Assembly: GCA_036560025.1 (NCBI GenBank)
Contig: DATBRZ010000259.1
Coordinates: 96 to 64,095, forward strand
From: Gemmatimonadaceae bacterium
GTDB taxonomy: Bacteria > Gemmatimonadota > Gemmatimonadetes > Gemmatimonadales > Gemmatimonadaceae
Direction: 5' to 3'
DNA: 64,000 bases
In this document: positions 18,889 through 29,526 of the stretch, piece after piece
Layout: each line of letters starts with the position of its first letter
Numbering within the stretch: position 1 is the first letter of the stretch
Notes under the pieces: generated by a model
Seen by the model: the letters and a program-made list of their open reading frames with translations, nothing else
The model's database searches: none
Told to the model about the DNA's origin: nothing
Program-made: the position numbers and the translations under genes

Positions 18889-20237
18889 TTGTACGCCTCG
18901 ATGATCGTTTCGAGAAGCAGTGAGTCCGATTCCGGCGGAACAGAGCGGAGATCGAGAAGCACGGCATCGTCGGCGACGCGCGCGATTATCGGGGGTGTCG
19001 CGCGTCGCAGGCTCGATTCAGTCTCGGGTGCTTTTCCTCCGAGGCGCACAGCGAATGAAGGAATGTCGTGTGCCGGAAATGCTCCGGCGCCAACGCTAGC
19101 CGCCGTGGCCACAACACTCGCGTGGATCCCGTTTCTGGAGAGAGCGCCCGCTACGGTATCGCAGCGCTGGCGCACACTTTCGGGATCGGCTGTGATCATC
19201 GCCAATGCAGGAATCTCCCGAGTTGCGCGCGCAGGATCGCGATACAGCTCGAGTGTGGCGCCGAGTGCGGCGATTGTCATCTTGTCTACGCGCATCGCAC
19301 GGGCGAAGGGATCTTTTCTCAACCGAGCAACTGCACGAGCTCGGCCCGCGACAATGCCGGCCTGGGGCCCGCCGAGCAGCTTGTCACCGCTCATCAGGAC
19401 GATCGTTGCGCCCGCGTTGAGGGCCTCGCGGGCAGTCGGCTCACCGCGCAGGCCCCAATCCTCCAGCGACATGAGGAGACCGCTCCCAAGATCGTGAACG
19501 ATCGGAAGATCATGTTCGGCCGCAATGGGAACGAGCCGCTCAATGGAGACATCGGTGACGAAGCCCTGCATCGAGAAATTGCTTCGATGCACCTTGGCGA
19601 TCGCACCGGTTCGGTCGGTGATCGCGCCGATGTAATCCTCGAGATGCGTTCGATTGGTAGTCCCGACTTCGACCAGTGTTGCTCCGCTCCGTTGCATGAT
19701 GTCGGGAACACGAAAGCTGCCGCCGATCTCGACGAGCTCACCCCGCGATACGATCACCTCACGTCCTCGCGCGAGCGCGCTCAGAGACAGCACCAGCGCT
19801 GCGGCGCAGTTGTTGACAACGATCGCGTCTTCGGCTCCAGTGAGCTCACGTATCAAAGAGACGCAGTGGGTGTAGCGCGAGCCGCGCTCTCCGCGCTCGA
19901 GATCGTACTCGAGATTCGTGTACCCTTCCGCCGCGTCGCGCACAGCATCGATTGCAACAGCGGGGAGAGGTGCGCGACCGAGGTTCGTGTGAAGCACGAC
20001 GCCTGTGGCGTTGATCACCGGAACGAGGGAACGTTCGAGTGAACGCGACAGCGCGAGCTCGATCTTGCGCTCCAATTCGCCAGCGTCGGTTTCGGCGCTC
20101 GATGCGCGTGCTTCGGCGACCGCGGTTCTGACCGCGTCGACCACGAGTTGGCGCGGATGGTGTGCGAGCAGCTCGCGTACTCGATCGTTCTCGAGCAGCG
20201 AGTTGACGCTGGGCAGCCGGCGACGCGGATCGATCAT
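18885..20237 (-). CDS. selA: L-seryl-tRNA(Sec) selenium transferase
   Basis: VINATGVVLHTNLGRAPL, VNNCAAA, EIGGSFR, SGDKLLGGPQAG. Confidence 0.96.
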   Translation of the reverse strand: MIDPRRRLPSVNSLLENDRVRELLAHHPRQLVVDAVRTAVAEARASSAETDAGELERKIELALSRSLERSLVPVINATGVVLHTNLGRAPLPAVAIDAVRDAAEGYTNLEYDLERGERGSRYTHCVSLIRELTGAEDAIVVNNCAAALVLSLSALARGREVIVSRGELVEIGGSFRVPDIMQRSGATLVEVGTTNRTHLEDYIGAITDRTGAIAKVHRSNFSMQGFVTDVSIERLVPIAAEHDLPIVHDLGSGLLMSLEDWGLRGEPTAREALNAGATIVLMSGDKLLGGPQAGIVAGRARAVARLRKDPFARAMRVDKMTIAALGATLELYRDPARATREIPALAMITADPESVRQRCDTVAGALSRNGIHASVVATAASVGAGAFPAHDIPSFAVRLGGKAPETESSLRRATPPIIARVADDAVLLDLRSVPPESDSLLLETIIEAYK

Positions 20238-21334
20238 CGCTTGATTGGCGCGGGTGGCGGCGGCGGAGGTGTCACAGTCGGCGATACTCCGGCCGGAGCT
20301 GGAGCGAGGCGAACGATGCGTTCACTCGTCGTGGGAGTTCCTTCCAGACTTCGAATCTCGATCGCGCGAACTCGAAATTCCCGCGCGGTCAGAATCGGTG
20401 TGCCCACCTTCACGAGCAGACTTCGCGCCGGCGGCGGACGCGACGGCTTGAATCCGAGAGCTCCGGCGGTATCGACGGGAGATCTCGTTACTGACGTTAC
20501 GGCGATGCGCGTGGAATCGGACGCCGTCACGCTGACATTGGCGTCGGTGAGCTGCTGAGCCGGATCGACGGGGGAATCGAGTAAGAGCTCGAGCGTGACT
20601 GAATCACGAAGCACGACGCTCGACAACGTCGTTGCGACGGAATCGTGGACAAAAGTCAGAAGCTCTCGTTGCGCGTTGTCGGTCAGCGTAACCGTCGTTG
20701 TATCCCACGCCTCGCGGCGGTCGAGAGCATGATTGTTGTTGTCGTCGATCACGCCTCTGAGCCGATACGACCCTGGAGCGAGATTCGTGACACTGTACGC
20801 GCCCGAGGAATCCGCGACCGCCACGAAGGCGACTGACGTGTCAGCGGCCGGTCGCGCTTCTACCAACGCCCTTGGTGCGGGGGATCCCGCGACCCAGTTA
20901 AAAACCCTTCCGCTGATCTGGCCCGTGGCGATCGCCGAGCCGGTGGAAAAAACGACGGTCGCACCGGTGTTCCGAACATTGCCTCTCAGATCGGTGATTC
21001 CCGGCAACAGCGATACCGTATATGTAGTATTGGGCCGCCAGCCGCGACGCAGGCGCACGGTCACTTCGTTCCGATGCCAGTCGACGTTGGGAGCTCCCTG
21101 GCGCGGCGAAACGACGAACAGCGCGTCCAGCGTACCACCCGCGGGGCGCTCACTCACTACTTCGTCGAACCTGAAGACCACTTCGCGCGGCGTGACTCCT
21201 GTCTTACCGCTGTCGGGCGCGACATTGACGACTTTGGGCCCCTCAGTATCCGTCGGGCCGCCCGGAGGCATGCCTGGAGATGCACAGGCAGACGCAAGTG
21301 CGCCAAGGACGATCACTGATGTGAACCGAGGCAT
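20234..21334 (-). CDS. Ig-like (Big_5) domain lipoprotein
   Basis: LASAC lipobox, PPGGPTD.EGP, FDEVV, TTYTV, DLRGN. Confidence 0.82.
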   Translation of the reverse strand: MPRFTSVIVLGALASACASPGMPPGGPTDTEGPKVVNVAPDSGKTGVTPREVVFRFDEVVSERPAGGTLDALFVVSPRQGAPNVDWHRNEVTVRLRRGWRPNTTYTVSLLPGITDLRGNVRNTGATVVFSTGSAIATGQISGRVFNWVAGSPAPRALVEARPAADTSVAFVAVADSSGAYSVTNLAPGSYRLRGVIDDNNNHALDRREAWDTTTVTLTDNAQRELLTFVHDSVATTLSSVVLRDSVTLELLLDSPVDPAQQLTDANVSVTASDSTRIAVTSVTRSPVDTAGALGFKPSRPPPARSLLVKVGTPILTAREFRVRAIEIRSLEGTPTTSERIVRLAPAPAGVSPTVTPPPPPPAPIKR

Positions 21335-21410
21335 AGGACCGCCCAAAATCACACTGTAGCGGAGTGTCGGAAAGGTCCGCTACACGCCCGGAGCCGGGGT
21401 TTTGTGTCGC

Positions 21411-22226
21411 TTACGAAGAAGTACTCTCGGTTGAATCGAGCGGATCCGCGACGTGATCGGCCTTTGGAACGCCCGTCGGCGCGATCGGCGATCCATCAGT
21501 GCGGCCGGCACGGGTTGCGCGCTTCGCCGTGCGCTGCCGTCGCTCAGCCTTCACTTCCGCCGCCTCATCAGCGTCCAGATAGTCCTTGCCGAGCGCTTTT
21601 TCTTCCAGCGGCTGCCGAGGGTCTTCGTGCCGATCCGGCTCACTCGAGTTTCCCTGGCGTCTCCGCCCGGTTCCCACGCCCTGACCCTCCCAATGTGATT
21701 CCGTAAGCGACGGGTCACCTTCGTCGTACCGATCGGCCAATTCGTCGTACATGTCCTCTTCGCTCCTTACGGCGAGGCGGTTCACGACCGTGTCGACTCC
21801 TGGAACTCCGCGCGCGATGACAACCGCCTGATCCGTTTCATCCTCGGCGTTGACCCAGCCGGTGAGCTCGATAATCCCCTGCTCGATGGCCCCGATGTCG
21901 ATTGCGCGCTCGCTGAGAATCGGATCGTTCCGGAAAGCTTCGAGCACCCGCTCCTCCAGCTCTTCCGTCGGCGTAAGCGGTCGGTGGTGATCGTCATCGG
22001 CGTCGAACTCGGCGGCGTCTTCGTAGTCCTCTTCGTGTATATCGGTGCCGTCCTTGCGACCGAGCTTCTGCCGAATTCGATCGGTGAGTCCGCCGATTCC
22101 GCCGTAATGCTGGGCGACTACGACGCCGGCCGCGAAACCGGCAAGAGCTCCGAGCGCGACGTAGAGTGCGCCCGTCGCACTCGATTCCTCATCGCGATAT
22201 GTGAATGGCGAGCTGTAGCGTGACAC
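21411..22226 (-). CDS. BON domain membrane-anchored protein
   Basis: N-terminal TM, acidic linker, IELTGWV...ARGVPGVDTVVNRL. Confidence 0.85.
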   Translation of the reverse strand: MSRYSSPFTYRDEESSATGALYVALGALAGFAAGVVVAQHYGGIGGLTDRIRQKLGRKDGTDIHEEDYEDAAEFDADDDHHRPLTPTEELEERVLEAFRNDPILSERAIDIGAIEQGIIELTGWVNAEDETDQAVVIARGVPGVDTVVNRLAVRSEEDMYDELADRYDEGDPSLTESHWEGQGVGTGRRRQGNSSEPDRHEDPRQPLEEKALGKDYLDADEAAEVKAERRQRTAKRATRAGRTDGSPIAPTGVPKADHVADPLDSTESTSS

Positions 22227-22311
22227 GTGTACTCACCTGTGGCGAAGGGTATTTGTGAACTATACCTTACGCGGGAGCAAGTTAAAGGCCACCCGCGGCC
22301 CTCTAATTCCG

Positions 22312-24237
22312 ATGTCAGACAAGTTGAAGTTGATACTCCCCGACGGCTCGGTGCGCGAGGTCGAGGAGGGAACTGTGCCGCGCGACGTAGTGGCCTCGAT
22401 CGGGCCACGATTGCTTCGCGATGCGATCGCCACGGAAGTGAGCGGCGAGATCGTGGATCTGGGAACTCCGCTCCGAAAGGGCGGATCTTTCCGCGTTCTG
22501 ACGCAGAAAGATCCGACGGCGCTCGACGTGCTCAGGCATTCCGGTGCGCACATTCTCGCGACGGCGGTTCGACGTCTTCGCCCGGATGCGAAAATCGGCT
22601 TCGGTCCAGCGATCGAGGATGGCTTCTACTACGACTTCGAGGTCGAAGAGCCGTTCACTCCGGATGACCTCGAGCGCTTCGAAGCCGAGATGCGGAAGGT
22701 CGCCGATGAGAAGCTTCCGTTCGTGCGCGAGGAAGTCAGCCAGGCCGAAGCGCGGAAGCGATTCGCCGACGATCCGCTCAAGCTCGAACGGCTCGAGGAG
22801 CTTGGCGACGGCGAGATAATCTCGACTTACACGGACGGTCCCTTCATCGATCTATGTCGAGGACCGCACGTTCCCGACACGTCGTATCTGAAGCACTTCA
22901 AGCTTCTTCACACCGCGGGAGCGTACTGGCGGGGCGATGAGCGCCGACAGATGCTGCAGCGGATCTATGCGACCGCGTGGTTCTCGAAGGAAGATCTCGA
23001 GGCGTACTTGCATCGTCTCGAAGAGGCGAGGCGGCGCGACCATCGCCTCCTAGCGCAACAGCTCGATCTCTACTCGACGGATCAGCGGGTTGGTCCCGGT
23101 CTTATTCTTTGGCATCCGCGTGGCGCGATCATCCGGAATGAGATCGAGATTTTCGAGCGCGAGCTGATTCTTCGACACGGATACGAGCTCGTCTACACTC
23201 CGCACATCGTCAGCGAGAAGCTTTTCCAGATCTCCGGGCACCTCGAGAATTTCAAGGAGAGCATGTTCGGGGCGATGGACGTGGAAGGTGCGGCGTATCG
23301 CCCGAAGCCGATGAATTGTCCGGGGCACATCTGCATCTACCAATCGCATTCCCGTTCCTATCGGGATCTCCCGATCCGGTACGCCGAATTCGGAACTGTG
23401 TATCGGTACGAGAGAAGCGGCGTGCTGCACGGAATGCTTCGCGTGCGGGGCTTCACGCAGGACGACGCTCACGTGTTCTGTACTCCGGAGCAGGTGCCGG
23501 ACGAGATCGCGCGACTGCTGGATCTCGTGCACGAGATGCTGTCCGCGTTCGGTTATCCGTACACGATCGAGCTGTCGACGATGCCCGACAAAGCGCTCGG
23601 ATCGGTCGAGCAATGGCGGAAGGCCGAGCAGACGTTGGCCGCGGTGATGAAGGAGCGCGGTCAGGCGTACGAGATGGATGAAGGAGGAGGAGCGTTCTAC
23701 GGACCGAAGCTCGACTTCAAGCTGATTGACGCGATCGGCAGAAAGTGGCAGGGGCCGACGGTGCAGCTCGATTTCAACTTGCCGGAGCGGTTCGAGCTCG
23801 AGTACACGGGTCCGGACAACACTCCGCACCGTCCGACGATGCTGCATCGCGTGCTCGTCGGCTCAATGGAGCGATTTGTCGGCGGGCTCATCGAGCACTA
23901 CGCCGGTGCGTTCCCTCTTTGGCTAGCGCCCGAGCAGGTGCGCGTTATTCCGATCTCGGACGAGGCGCATGACGCAGCGCTGGCGATAGCAGACCGGTTA
24001 CGTGCCGGCAACGTTCGCGTGCATCTCGACGACCGCGCCGAGACGTTGAATTACCGGATACGCGAAGCGGAGACGCTGAAGATTCCGTACATGGCGATCG
24101 TCGGTAAGCGCGAGGCGGAGACGGATTCACTCGCGTTGCGGGTGCGCGGTGCGGGGAAGAAGCAGGAGCTGATGCCGGTTACAGACTTTATCGCTCAGGT
24201 GCAGGACGATATCGCGACACGTACGTTAAAACCCTAA
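22312..24237 (+). CDS. thrS: threonine--tRNA ligase
   Basis: TGS domain, RHSGAH, DLCRGPH, KPMNCPGH, RVRGFTQDDAH; start ATG 22312. Confidence 0.98.
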   Translation: MSDKLKLILPDGSVREVEEGTVPRDVVASIGPRLLRDAIATEVSGEIVDLGTPLRKGGSFRVLTQKDPTALDVLRHSGAHILATAVRRLRPDAKIGFGPAIEDGFYYDFEVEEPFTPDDLERFEAEMRKVADEKLPFVREEVSQAEARKRFADDPLKLERLEELGDGEIISTYTDGPFIDLCRGPHVPDTSYLKHFKLLHTAGAYWRGDERRQMLQRIYATAWFSKEDLEAYLHRLEEARRRDHRLLAQQLDLYSTDQRVGPGLILWHPRGAIIRNEIEIFERELILRHGYELVYTPHIVSEKLFQISGHLENFKESMFGAMDVEGAAYRPKPMNCPGHICIYQSHSRSYRDLPIRYAEFGTVYRYERSGVLHGMLRVRGFTQDDAHVFCTPEQVPDEIARLLDLVHEMLSAFGYPYTIELSTMPDKALGSVEQWRKAEQTLAAVMKERGQAYEMDEGGGAFYGPKLDFKLIDAIGRKWQGPTVQLDFNLPERFELEYTGPDNTPHRPTMLHRVLVGSMERFVGGLIEHYAGAFPLWLAPEQVRVIPISDEAHDAALAIADRLRAGNVRVHLDDRAETLNYRIREAETLKIPYMAIVGKREAETDSLALRVRGAGKKQELMPVTDFIAQVQDDIATRTLKP

Positions 24238-24242
24238 TGACA

Positions 24243-24298
24243 GGTACGGGGTACGCGGTGCGGGTTCGCACACCTCGTAACCCGTACCCCGTACCCGC
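24243..24298. repeat. heptamer-unit inverted repeat
   Basis: GGTACGG-GGTACGC-GGTGCGG then CCCGTAC-CCCGTAC-CC; shares GGTACGCGGTGCGGGT with the reverse complement of 13435-13450. Confidence 0.78.
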
Positions 24299-24306
24299 CT
24301 TTATCC

Positions 24307-24981
24307 ATGTTCATCGGACATTTCGCCGTCGGCTTTGCCGGAAAACGTGCAGCACCGAAAGCATCGTTGCAGATGCTGTTCTTTGCTGCGCTGTTCGCAG
24401 ACATCCTATGGCCGATACTTGTCGGCGCGGGTGTGGAGAAGGTGAGAATAGCGCCGGGCGACACTGCCTATACTCCACTCGAGTTCATCAGTTACCCGTG
24501 GTCGCACAGCTTGCTGATGTTGTGCGTGTGGGGTCTCGTGCTGGGTCTCTTCTATCGTTCGCGCACCGCGAGCGGACGGGCGGGACTTGTAGTCGGCTTA
24601 CTCGTGGTCAGCCACTGGGTACTCGACTGGATCACGCACCGCGCCGACATGCCGCTTTATCCGGGTGGGCCAAAGGTTGGCTTGGGCCTCTGGAACTCCG
24701 TTCCCGGCACCATGATCGTCGAAATCGGGATGTTCCTGGTCGGCGCATGGCTGTACGCGAGCGCAACGCGCGCGCGTGACAAGCGCGGAAAGTGGGCGTT
24801 CATTGCGCTTGTCGTATTTCTCCTCGGTTTCTACATCGCCGATTCGTTGGCGGGGTCTCCGCCGCCGTCAATAAATGCGATATGGATTTCGGCGCTTGTT
24901 GCTACCGCGATACTGCTTCTCTGGGCTGCTTGGATTAATCAACATCGGCAGAACCGAGACATCGTCGAAAACAAAAGTTGA
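24307..24981 (+). CDS. membrane-bound metal-dependent hydrolase (YdjM-like)
   Basis: MFIGH, D, SHSL, SHWVLD motifs; multi-TM. Confidence 0.85.
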   Translation: MFIGHFAVGFAGKRAAPKASLQMLFFAALFADILWPILVGAGVEKVRIAPGDTAYTPLEFISYPWSHSLLMLCVWGLVLGLFYRSRTASGRAGLVVGLLVVSHWVLDWITHRADMPLYPGGPKVGLGLWNSVPGTMIVEIGMFLVGAWLYASATRARDKRGKWAFIALVVFLLGFYIADSLAGSPPPSINAIWISALVATAILLLWAAWINQHRQNRDIVENKS

Positions 24982-25322
24982 GAGTTGGGCGAGAAGCACA
25001 GCTGGGAAGTGGGAGTCGAACCACGAATAATGTTTTGCGCTCCTACACGATGCGACGTCATGTACCTGAACTGCCATCGCGTGCGCCTTTTCCCGCACCC
25101 ATAGTCTGGTGAAATCGCTCATCTCCTAATGCTCGGAGCAGAGCCCGGCATTGGTCGCACCGTTCGTTTAGGAGCGTGGGCAAAGATCCGCACATCGTTC
25201 AACACAAAAGTTGAGCGTTCGGAGAGAAGCTCAGGTCGGAGGTAGGAGCCAGCGCATCAATCGAGCGCGTTACTAATCTCCCACCGGCTGACTGCGCTTC
25301 TCTCCCAACGCTCAACTTTTGT
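24971..25322. repeat. three copies of a ~48-bp repeat (two direct, one inverted)
   Basis: ACAAAAGTTGAG(A/C)GTT(G/C)GG(C/A)GAGAAGC.CAG at 24971(+), 25204(+) and ending 25322(-). Confidence 0.85.
25020..25122 (-). pseudogene. truncated four-helix-bundle (23S rRNA IVP-like) gene
   Basis: MSDFTRLWVREKAHAMAVQVH resembles the family N-terminus (F..L.VW.KA); similarity ends after ~34 codons at the repeat. Confidence 0.55.
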
Positions 25323-25378
25323 ATCATCGAGGCTTCGGCAACGAATCCAATGTCTTTACACACGAATTAACTTTCAGT

Positions 25379-26587
25379 ATGCCTGACCTCGACCGTTCAC
25401 CCGTAATTGTTTCCGCGGCCCGAACTCCGATCGGCCGCTTCCTCGGCGGTCTTTCTCCGCTGACGGCACCTGAGCTTGGCGCCGTCGCGATTCGTGCCGC
25501 ACTCGAGCGTGCCGGCGTCGATCCGGCGACGGTCGAAGAAGTGATCATGGGCCAGGTCATTCAGGGTGGAACGGGCCAGGCGCCGGCACGACAGGCTGCG
25601 CTCAAGTCGGGAATTCCAGCGACGGTTCCATCGGTCACCATCAACAAGGTCTGCGGATCGGGATTGAAAGCGGTGATGCTTGCCGCGCAATCCATCAAAG
25701 CAGGTGACAACCAGGTCGTTGTCGCGGGTGGACAGGAATCGATGTCGAATGCGCCGTACTACGTCTATGGAATGCGGAACGGCGTGAAGCTCGGCGACCA
25801 GAAAATCGTTGACGGAATGATCAAGGACGGACTCTGGTGCTCATCGTGCGACGTTCACATGGGCGGCCACGCCGAGCATACGGCGAGGAAGGCGGGCGTT
25901 ACTCGCCAGGAGCAGGATAAGTTCGCCGCCGAGTCGCATCGCAAGGCGGTGGAGGCGATCGAGCAGGGAAGATTCAAGGACGAGATCACACCGGTTGAGA
26001 TTGCGGGGAAGAAAGGTCCAACCATCGTCGATACCGACGAAGGTCCGCGCAAGGACACGACAGTCGAAAGTCTCGCCAAGCTGAGGCCTGCATTTCCCGG
26101 AAAGGGCGATCAATCCAGCCTTTCGGTCACCGCCGGAAATGCGTCGAGCCTCAACGACGGTGCGTCGGCGCTGGTCGTGACATCCGAAGCCTACGCGCAG
26201 GAAAACGGACTCGACATCATGGGACGTATCACAGCTTACGCGACGAGCGGAACAGAGCCGCAGGATTTGTTTTTCGCTCCGATCTACGCCGTGCAGAATC
26301 TCATGGGCAAAGCAGGAACGAAGATCTGCGATTACGATCTCATCGAGGCAAATGAGGCGTTTGCATCACAGGCGCTTGCGAACGGCTCTGGACTCGGATG
26401 GGACTGGGATCGCGTGAACGTGAACGGTGGAGCAATCGCGCTGGGCCATCCGATCGGGGCAAGTGGGGCGCGAGTTCTCACCACGCTCCTTTACGCGATG
26501 AAGAACCGCGGCGCGCGCACCGGATTGGCCACGTTGTGCCTCGGCGGAGGAAACGCCGTCGCTCTGAGCGTCGAGCGCGCAGCCTGA
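25379..26587 (+). CDS. acetyl-CoA C-acetyltransferase (thiolase)
   Basis: [30 protein letters not shown]; start ATG 25379. Confidence 0.96.
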   Translation: MPDLDRSPVIVSAARTPIGRFLGGLSPLTAPELGAVAIRAALERAGVDPATVEEVIMGQVIQGGTGQAPARQAALKSGIPATVPSVTINKVCGSGLKAVMLAAQSIKAGDNQVVVAGGQESMSNAPYYVYGMRNGVKLGDQKIVDGMIKDGLWCSSCDVHMGGHAEHTARKAGVTRQEQDKFAAESHRKAVEAIEQGRFKDEITPVEIAGKKGPTIVDTDEGPRKDTTVESLAKLRPAFPGKGDQSSLSVTAGNASSLNDGASALVVTSEAYAQENGLDIMGRITAYATSGTEPQDLFFAPIYAVQNLMGKAGTKICDYDLIEANEAFASQALANGSGLGWDWDRVNVNGGAIALGHPIGASGARVLTTLLYAMKNRGARTGLATLCLGGGNAVALSVERAA

Positions 26588-26606
26588 ACAAAACAGCGGG
26601 AGCGAA

Positions 26607-27473
26607 ATGAGCGCGCGCGCGCTCTTCGCGAACGAGGACGGGCGGATCCGCGCCGGCTGGCGCGTCCTCATCTTCATTATCGTTTTTCTCTTCTGCTTCA
26701 CCGTCGCGGCTGTCGCCGAGTACGGGCTGACGATCATGGCAGAGTCGCGCGGATACAGGCCGCTGGTTGCCCAGTGGAGCTTTCCGCTGTCGCTAGTCGT
26801 CGCTCACTGGATCGTGTTGCGCTGGATCGAGAACGGCAGCTGGGATTATGTCGCGCTCGGGCGCAAGGCTGCGCGTCCGCAACTCATGATCGGTGGATTG
26901 GCTCTCGGCGTACTGGCGATTGGTATTCCATCGCTACTCCTCATCGCTGCGGGTCAGCTTGCGATAAGGCCGATGCCTGATGGCAGCTCCACTGGCGTAG
27001 CCGCAATCGCTCTTGCGAATCTCCTGCCGGCGGCGTTCGGCGAAGAGATGCTGCTCAGAGGTTACATCTTCGCCGCGTTGCGCGATGGAATCGGGTGGAA
27101 ATGGACACTGATTGTCACCAGCATCGTCTTCGGTTTGATGCACATGATAAATCCGGGTGCTGATGCGCAGTCGATCCTGCTGGTCATACTCGCCGGCTTT
27201 TTCCTCGGGTCAATTCTTCTTGCAACGCGCAGTCTCTACGCCGCCGGCATGGTTCATTTCGGCTGGAACTGGGCGATGGCTGCGGGAATGCATACGCCGG
27301 TGAGCGGAATTCGCGTGCAGACTCCGGACTATCGAGTTATCGACAACGGACCCGACTGGCTCACTGGCGGACAGTGGGGACCCGAAGGAGGATTCCCTTC
27401 CGCGTTGGCGATGTTCGTGGTGATGATCTACATCTACTCGCGGTACTTGCGACGCATGGAGCCAGGAGCATGA
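26607..27473 (+). CDS. CPBP (CAAX/Abi) intramembrane protease
   Basis: EEMLLRG, FGLMH, HFGWN, GPEGG. Confidence 0.9.
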   Translation: MSARALFANEDGRIRAGWRVLIFIIVFLFCFTVAAVAEYGLTIMAESRGYRPLVAQWSFPLSLVVAHWIVLRWIENGSWDYVALGRKAARPQLMIGGLALGVLAIGIPSLLLIAAGQLAIRPMPDGSSTGVAAIALANLLPAAFGEEMLLRGYIFAALRDGIGWKWTLIVTSIVFGLMHMINPGADAQSILLVILAGFFLGSILLATRSLYAAGMVHFGWNWAMAAGMHTPVSGIRVQTPDYRVIDNGPDWLTGGQWGPEGGFPSALAMFVVMIYIYSRYLRRMEPGA

Positions 27474-28318
27474 GCGAGAAGGTCGCTGTCATAGGCGCCG
27501 GTCAGATGGGAAACGGAATCGCGCATGTATTCGCGCAATCCGGATTTCCGGTCTCCATGATCGACGTGTCGGCGGATGCTCTCGAGCACGGACGCGCCAC
27601 CATCCGGAAGAATCTCGACCGGCAGGTCAAGAAGGGGACAATCTCCGAAAGTGCGCCGGACGAGATTCTTGGTCGCATCGCAACGAGCGATTCGCTGGAT
27701 GCAGCAAATGATGCGACGCTCGTCGTCGAAGCGGCGACGGAAAACAGTGAGCTCAAGTTCAACATCTTTACACAGCTCGACCGTGTTGCCCCTCCGTCCG
27801 CAATTCTCGCGACCAACACCAGCTCCATCTCGATCACCGAGATAGCCCGCCGAACGAAGCGTCCGGAGCAGGTTGTCGGAATGCACTTCATGAATCCTGT
27901 GCCGGTGATGAAGCTCGTCGAGATCATTCGCGGCCTCGCTACATCCGACGAAACGACGAGGCGCGTTGTCGAGCTGAGCAAGGCGCTCGGCAAGGTTCCT
28001 GTCGAAGTCAACGATTATCCCGGCTTCGTGTCGAACAGAGTGCTGATGCCGATGATCAACGAGGCAGTGTATTGCCTGATGGAAGGCGTTGGAACTCCGG
28101 AAGCGATCGATCAGGTAATGACACTCGGAATGAATCATCCGATGGGGCCACTCGCCCTCGCCGATCTGATCGGACTCGACACCTGCGTTGCGATTCTCGA
28201 AGTCCTGCGAGACGGACTCGGCGATCCGAAATACCGTCCCTGTCCGCTGTTGAAGAAGTACGTCGCGGCGGGGTGGCTCGGTCGAAAGACCGGACGCGGA
28301 TTCTACACGTACAAGTAG
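27470..28318 (+). CDS. hbd: 3-hydroxybutyryl-CoA dehydrogenase
   Basis: [28 protein letters not shown]; start ATG 27470 after AGGAG. Confidence 0.94.
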   Translation: MSEKVAVIGAGQMGNGIAHVFAQSGFPVSMIDVSADALEHGRATIRKNLDRQVKKGTISESAPDEILGRIATSDSLDAANDATLVVEAATENSELKFNIFTQLDRVAPPSAILATNTSSISITEIARRTKRPEQVVGMHFMNPVPVMKLVEIIRGLATSDETTRRVVELSKALGKVPVEVNDYPGFVSNRVLMPMINEAVYCLMEGVGTPEAIDQVMTLGMNHPMGPLALADLIGLDTCVAILEVLRDGLGDPKYRPCPLLKKYVAAGWLGRKTGRGFYTYK

Positions 28319-28327
28319 CAGGTCAGT

Positions 28328-29491
28328 TTGAGCATCGATCTGCTGGACCTTACCGAGGAGCAGCGCGAGATCCAGAAGCTTGCGCGCGATTTCGCTCGTC
28401 AGGAAATCGCACCGCATTCGGCTGACTGGGACGAGAGATCCTACTTCGAGCCGGCACTGGTTCAGAAAATGGGTGAGCTTGGATTCCTCGGAATGCTGTT
28501 GCCCGAGGAATACGATGGATTAGGCGTCGACACTTCGACTTATCTGCTTGCACTCGAGGAGATAGCAGCGGTCGATGCATCGGTCGCGGTAATGATGAGC
28601 GTCCACAACTCGCTGCCGACCTCGATGATTCTTCGCTTCGGTAGTCAGGAGCAGCGCGATCGTTTTCTGAGACCGATGGCGCGCGGTGACATCCTGGGTG
28701 CCTTCGCCTTGTCGGAGCCCGAAGCTGGATCGGACGCCGCTGCACTAACGACCCAGGCCGTTCGCGACGGCAATGACTGGCTGCTGACCGGAACGAAGAG
28801 CTGGGTGACGAACGGGAACACGGCCGGCGTGATCGTGACGATGGCGCGCACCGACACGCGCCAGGAACGTCGCGGGGCACGCGGCATCGGCGCATTTCTC
28901 ATCACACCCGATCTTCCCGGCTTCCATGTCGGAAAAAAGGAAGAGAAGATGGGTCTTCGTGCGTCACCGACCGTTCAACTCACGTTCGATTCGATGCGCG
29001 TACCGTCCGCGAATCTCCTCGGCGAGCCGGGAATGGGATTTGTCTACGCGATGCAGTCTTTGTCCGCCGGCCGGCTAGGCATTGCAGCGCAGGCGATCGG
29101 AATTGCGCGCGCAGCTCTGGAAGCTGCGACTGCATACGCAGCGGAGCGACGTCAGTTCGGCACGGCGATTCGCGATTTTCAGGCGATTCAGTTCAAGCTA
29201 GCCGACATGGCGATGAAGGTTGCAGCCGCGCGAACTCTCACACACGCGGCTGCTGCCGCGAAGGATCGCGGACACAACGTGGTTCAGGCTTGCTCGATGG
29301 CGAAGCTGTTTGCGAGTGAAACCGCGATGTTCTGCACGAACCAGGCGGTTCAGATCTTTGGCGGGTATGGATATGTAAAGGACTATCCGGTGGAGCGACT
29401 GTTCCGCGACGCGAAAGTCACCGAGATTTATGAAGGCACTTCGGAAATTCAAAGAATTGTCATCGCGAGACACTTATACGCGCGTGACTAA
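28328..29491 (+). CDS. acyl-CoA dehydrogenase (short/branched chain)
   Basis: FALSEPEAGSD, RRQFG, GGYGY, IYEGTSEIQ. Confidence 0.95.
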   Translation: MSIDLLDLTEEQREIQKLARDFARQEIAPHSADWDERSYFEPALVQKMGELGFLGMLLPEEYDGLGVDTSTYLLALEEIAAVDASVAVMMSVHNSLPTSMILRFGSQEQRDRFLRPMARGDILGAFALSEPEAGSDAAALTTQAVRDGNDWLLTGTKSWVTNGNTAGVIVTMARTDTRQERRGARGIGAFLITPDLPGFHVGKKEEKMGLRASPTVQLTFDSMRVPSANLLGEPGMGFVYAMQSLSAGRLGIAAQAIGIARAALEAATAYAAERRQFGTAIRDFQAIQFKLADMAMKVAAARTLTHAAAAAKDRGHNVVQACSMAKLFASETAMFCTNQAVQIFGGYGYVKDYPVERLFRDAKVTEIYEGTSEIQRIVIARHLYARD

Positions 29492-29526
29492 CAATGCCCG
29501 CTGTTGCGAACGATAACTTCGAAATA

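Noticed and set aside
24237-24779. 180-aa ORF starting at the thrS stop
   Set aside because: Alternate frame over the repeat and the hydrolase gene; composition is not protein-like.
24971-25322. CRISPR array
   Set aside because: Only three degenerate copies, one inverted, irregular spacing, and no cas genes.
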